From NCBI GenBank assembly GCA_051294375.1, contig JBJCIZ010001551.1:1-12259 (forward strand): DNA of 12,259 nt. Reading direction: 5' to 3'. Both the position numbers and the translations under genes were made by a program. The notes below the pieces were generated by a model. It saw only the letters and a list, made by a program, of their open reading frames with translations. It had not been told where the DNA came from and did not search any database. This document shows, piece after piece, positions 10,101-12,259 of the stretch. Source of the DNA: Paraspadella gotoi. Its lineage: Eukaryota; Animalia; Chaetognatha. Within the stretch, counting starts at the first letter, position 1; every line of letters starts with the position of its first letter.

Positions 10101-10740
10101 TTCTTGTTCCCGATTTCCCATTCTTGTCCCCGATTCCCTTTCTTGTTCCCCGATTCCCTTTCTTGTTCCCCGATTCCCTTCTTGTTCCCCGATTCCCTTT
10201 TCTTGTTTCCCCGATTTCCCTTTCTTGTCCCGATTCCCCTTCTTGTTCCGATTCCCCTTTTTTGTTCCCCGATTTCCCTTTCTTGTTCCCCGATTTCCTT
10301 TTCTGTTCCCCGATTCCCCTTCTTGTTCTCCGATTCCCTTTCTTGTTCCCCAATTTCCCTTTTTGTTCCCCATTCCCTATTCTTGTTCCCGATTCCCCTT
10401 CTTGTTCCCCGATTCCCTTTCTTGTTCCCCATTTCCCCTTTTTTCTGTTCCCCGATTTCCCTTTCTTTTTCTCGATTCCCTTTCTTGTTCCCCGATTCCC
10501 TTTCTTGTTCCCCGAATTCCCTTTCTTGTTCCCCGATTCCCTTCTTGTTCCCCTATTCCCTTTCTTGTACCGATCCCTTGTTCTCCATTCCCGTTCTTTG
10601 TTCCCCGATTCCCTTTCTTGTTCCCCGATTCCCTTTTCTTGTTCCCGATCTCCCTTCAGGCCGAGACTGCGAACGAACCGGAGGAGATTCCTCTTCTTGG
10701 GAGAGCGCCGAAAAGATCAGAGGGAGCGAAGAAAAAGTAG
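7145..10740 (+). CDS. NDUFS3: NADH:ubiquinone oxidoreductase core subunit S3 (30 kDa, NuoC/Nad9 homologue) with mitochondrial presequence, 6 coding exons; apparent frameshifts probably sequencing errors
   Basis: Exon1 ~7145-7337: the start is inferred as AT[G] with one base missing, then an Arg/Ala/Ser-rich presequence [25 protein letters not shown].. and ELQAFG.YCAE. Exon2 7895-~8019: [15 protein letters not shown]. Exon3 8652-8813: [50 protein letters not shown]. Exon4 8924-~9071: [41 protein letters not shown] (30-kDa subunit signature). Exon5 9197-9284: [26 protein letters not shown]. Exon6 10660-10740: [17 protein letters not shown]-stop. Introns are GT..AG. Start and stop positions are uncertain. 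Confidence 0.94.
7617..7878 (+). repeat. C-rich minisatellite, ~23-24-bp unit (ACCCCCTATCTCCCCCCCTTCCTT), 11 copies, at the 3' end of NDUFS3 intron 1
   Basis: Eleven CTAT-centred units lie between 7621 and 7870. The array ends ~15 nt before the acceptor AG at 7893-7894. Confidence 0.93.
8209..8259. repeat. (AAT/AAC)n microsatellite in NDUFS3 intron 2
   Basis: Directly visible. Confidence 0.85.
9027..9160 (+). repeat. 69-bp tandem duplication of the 3' end of NDUFS3 exon 4 plus its 5' splice site
   Basis: GACTTCCC.CTCAC.GCTACACCGAGTGCAGATACGACGATGA(A)G|GTGAGAGAGAG occurs at 9027 and again at 9096. Confidence 0.92.
9283..9600 (+). repeat. 41-bp tandem repeat x8 starting at the NDUFS3 exon5/intron5 junction
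   Basis: The consensus is AGGTAAGGTCGAATTGGGTCGCTGCGTCTGTCATCATTAGA. Units start at ~9283, 9323, 9361, 9401, 9442, 9482, 9519 and 9560, with no spacers. Confidence 0.95.
9802..10657 (+). repeat. Pyrimidine-rich minisatellite, ~20-21-bp unit (TTTCTTGTTCCCCGATTCCC / TTTCTTGTTTCACGATTCCC), about 40 copies, ending at the intron 5 acceptor
   Basis: The periodicity is visible. The last unit runs into TCCCTTCAG| (AG at 10658-10659). It explains the six overlapping repetitive ORFs at 9802-10930. Confidence 0.95.
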
Positions 10741-11620
10741 GAGGAAGGAAGAGGAAGAGATAAAGGAAGAGGAGGAGGAAGATGAGGGGAAGAATAAGAT
10801 AAAGGAAGACGGAGGGAGGAAGAGGAGGAGGGCGCGGGCTGACTATAAAAAGACAAAGAAGCAACCAACAACAACGACGACGTCGTCTTTTAAACCAATT
10901 CTCGACGTTGAAGACAATGTTGTTTTTTAATGTCGTCTTTTCTCGCCGAAAAATTTTGTCTTTTCATCGCGAAAATTATAAAAAAATGTAAAGTTTTTGT
11001 TATTTATTGTTTTTAACTATTTTTTTTTTTTCTCTCTGGCTCGCAGATTGTTTTTGATAAAAGAAAGAAAACCAAACTAAACATTACAAAAAAAAAAAAA
11101 CTTAAATTCGAAACAATAATTTGTCATTCTTTACGACGGTAGGAAATATGTAAAACGGAGGTTAATTAAATTAATTATTTAAATTAATTTAATCTTTATG
11201 AATCCCGAACCTCGACCGCGTTGAAAAAAAAATTTGCGAATCGTGAAAAGCCAGTTTTCCTTAAAAACAATGGGCGGAGTGCGTGTTTTAGACCCATTGT
11301 CGTTTTTTGGCGTCTTTTGCTTTTGGACGCATTGTCGTCGATTCGTTGTCTTCGTCTCTCCACGGGTTTTTGTCTCGCAGTTTCGATCTTGGCATTCTTT
11401 TCTTTTTTGTTGTTGTCGTTGTTATTGTTTTCTTCTTTCTTCCACTTTTCGTTCGTCGTCCCGTTTGAAATTATCGTTATCATCACTTCATCATCCACTT
11501 TTTTTTTTCTCCAAAATAGAATCTCATATTTGTTAAGTCAGTTTTTTTTTTTTTTTCATCTTTTTTTTCCGACTCCGTGCGGGACAATCGCCGACCAGAA
11601 TTTGTTCTTTTCTCTCCTCG

Positions 11621-11696
11621 CTCTCTCTCTTTTGAACTGGCATATCTCTCTCTCTTTGACTGGCATTCTCTTCTCTCCTTTGACTGGCAATCTCTC
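11621..11696 (+). repeat. Three copies of a ~24-25-bp unit CTCTCTCTTTGACTGGCA(A/T)T
   Basis: TTTGA(A)CTGGCA occurs at ~11631, 11655 and 11679. Confidence 0.75.
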
Positions 11697-11975
11697 GGTG
11701 CTTTGTGTATTAATTTGTCGTATTATCATTAATCATTACCTATCCTATAGATTTGTTGGTATTTTTCAAATATTTTTAGATTTAGATAGGAATTACCATT
11801 TTATTTATATTAGATTAAAAAAAAACACCGCCGAGACTTTAAATTTAAAATGTGGAGATTTTTACCATTTTAATTTTTTTTTTTATGTGACATAGAGTAG
11901 TTAATCATTACTAATTAATATACATAATTTAAACTTGTATAAAACTAAATCTTATACTCGCCAAAGTCGCTCGCC

Positions 11976-12259
11976 ATGATAACCTTTCCTAAAAAATTTT
12001 CGCGGCCGCCATCGAGCCGCCGAAAAGAATTAGTCGCGTGCGGCAAAACGCAAGACGAAGGAAAATTTTCGACTTTGCTGAAGGAAAAGCGCAAACGACT
12101 TAAAATCGTCCGCCTGCGAACTGTGTGGGCGTTCTGCCAAGCAGAACTTCTACTCGTTGAAGGCAGATATCGACGCCGTCGTCTACTACAAGGACGACGA
12201 GCTCGTCTCCAGCGATCGAATAGTTTTGGCCGACATCCAAGCGATTGATCTCTCTCTTT
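11976..12259 (+). CDS. Partial coding segment of an unidentified gene, continuing beyond the window
   Basis: There is an abrupt switch to the GC/CpG-rich style of the other exons, with an ATG at 11976 in GCCATG context. It reads ELVACGKTQDEGKFSTLLKEKRKRLK. After a probable 1-nt indel in AAAA (12102-12105) it reads SSACELCGRSAKQNFYSLKADIDAVVYYKDDELVSSDRIVLADIQAIDLSL, open to the window end. I do not recognise the family. Confidence 0.55.

Noticed and set aside
9802-10930. Long overlapping ORFs (312, 341, 272 aa and three minus-strand ORFs)
   Set aside because: These are translations of a stop-free 20-bp minisatellite. Only the last ~26 codons of 9802..10740 are plausibly real (NDUFS3 exon 6).
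11267-11300. Hairpin ACAATGGG..CCCATTGT
   Set aside because: It is an 8-bp stem with no other supporting feature.
11221-11895. 224-aa hydrophobic ORF
   Set aside because: It is T-rich low-complexity sequence with no exon-like codon usage, probably UTR or intergenic.

Overview
Eukaryotic, probably animal, nuclear DNA with AT-rich, microsatellite-rich non-coding sequence and GC/CpG-rich exons. There are two clear intron-containing housekeeping genes on the + strand: proteasome alpha-7/alpha4 (PSMA7, ~4349-6068, 5 exons) and complex I subunit NDUFS3 (~7145-10740, 6 exons). An unidentified coding segment starts at ~11976 and runs off the window. All exons carry many 1-nt indels, best explained by unpolished long-read error. 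The long ORFs in the supplied track are artefacts of tandem repeats. Most notable: (1) NDUFS3 introns carry tandem amplifications anchored at splice sites (8x41-bp donor array, 69-bp exon-end+donor duplication, two pyrimidine arrays running into acceptors); (2) a 74-bp-arm palindrome at 1340-1497 contains a minimal hammerhead-ribozyme-like core, typical of Penelope-like retroelement termini; (3) two CpG-rich blocks (~600-765 and ~4040-4175) share several motifs in shuffled order.
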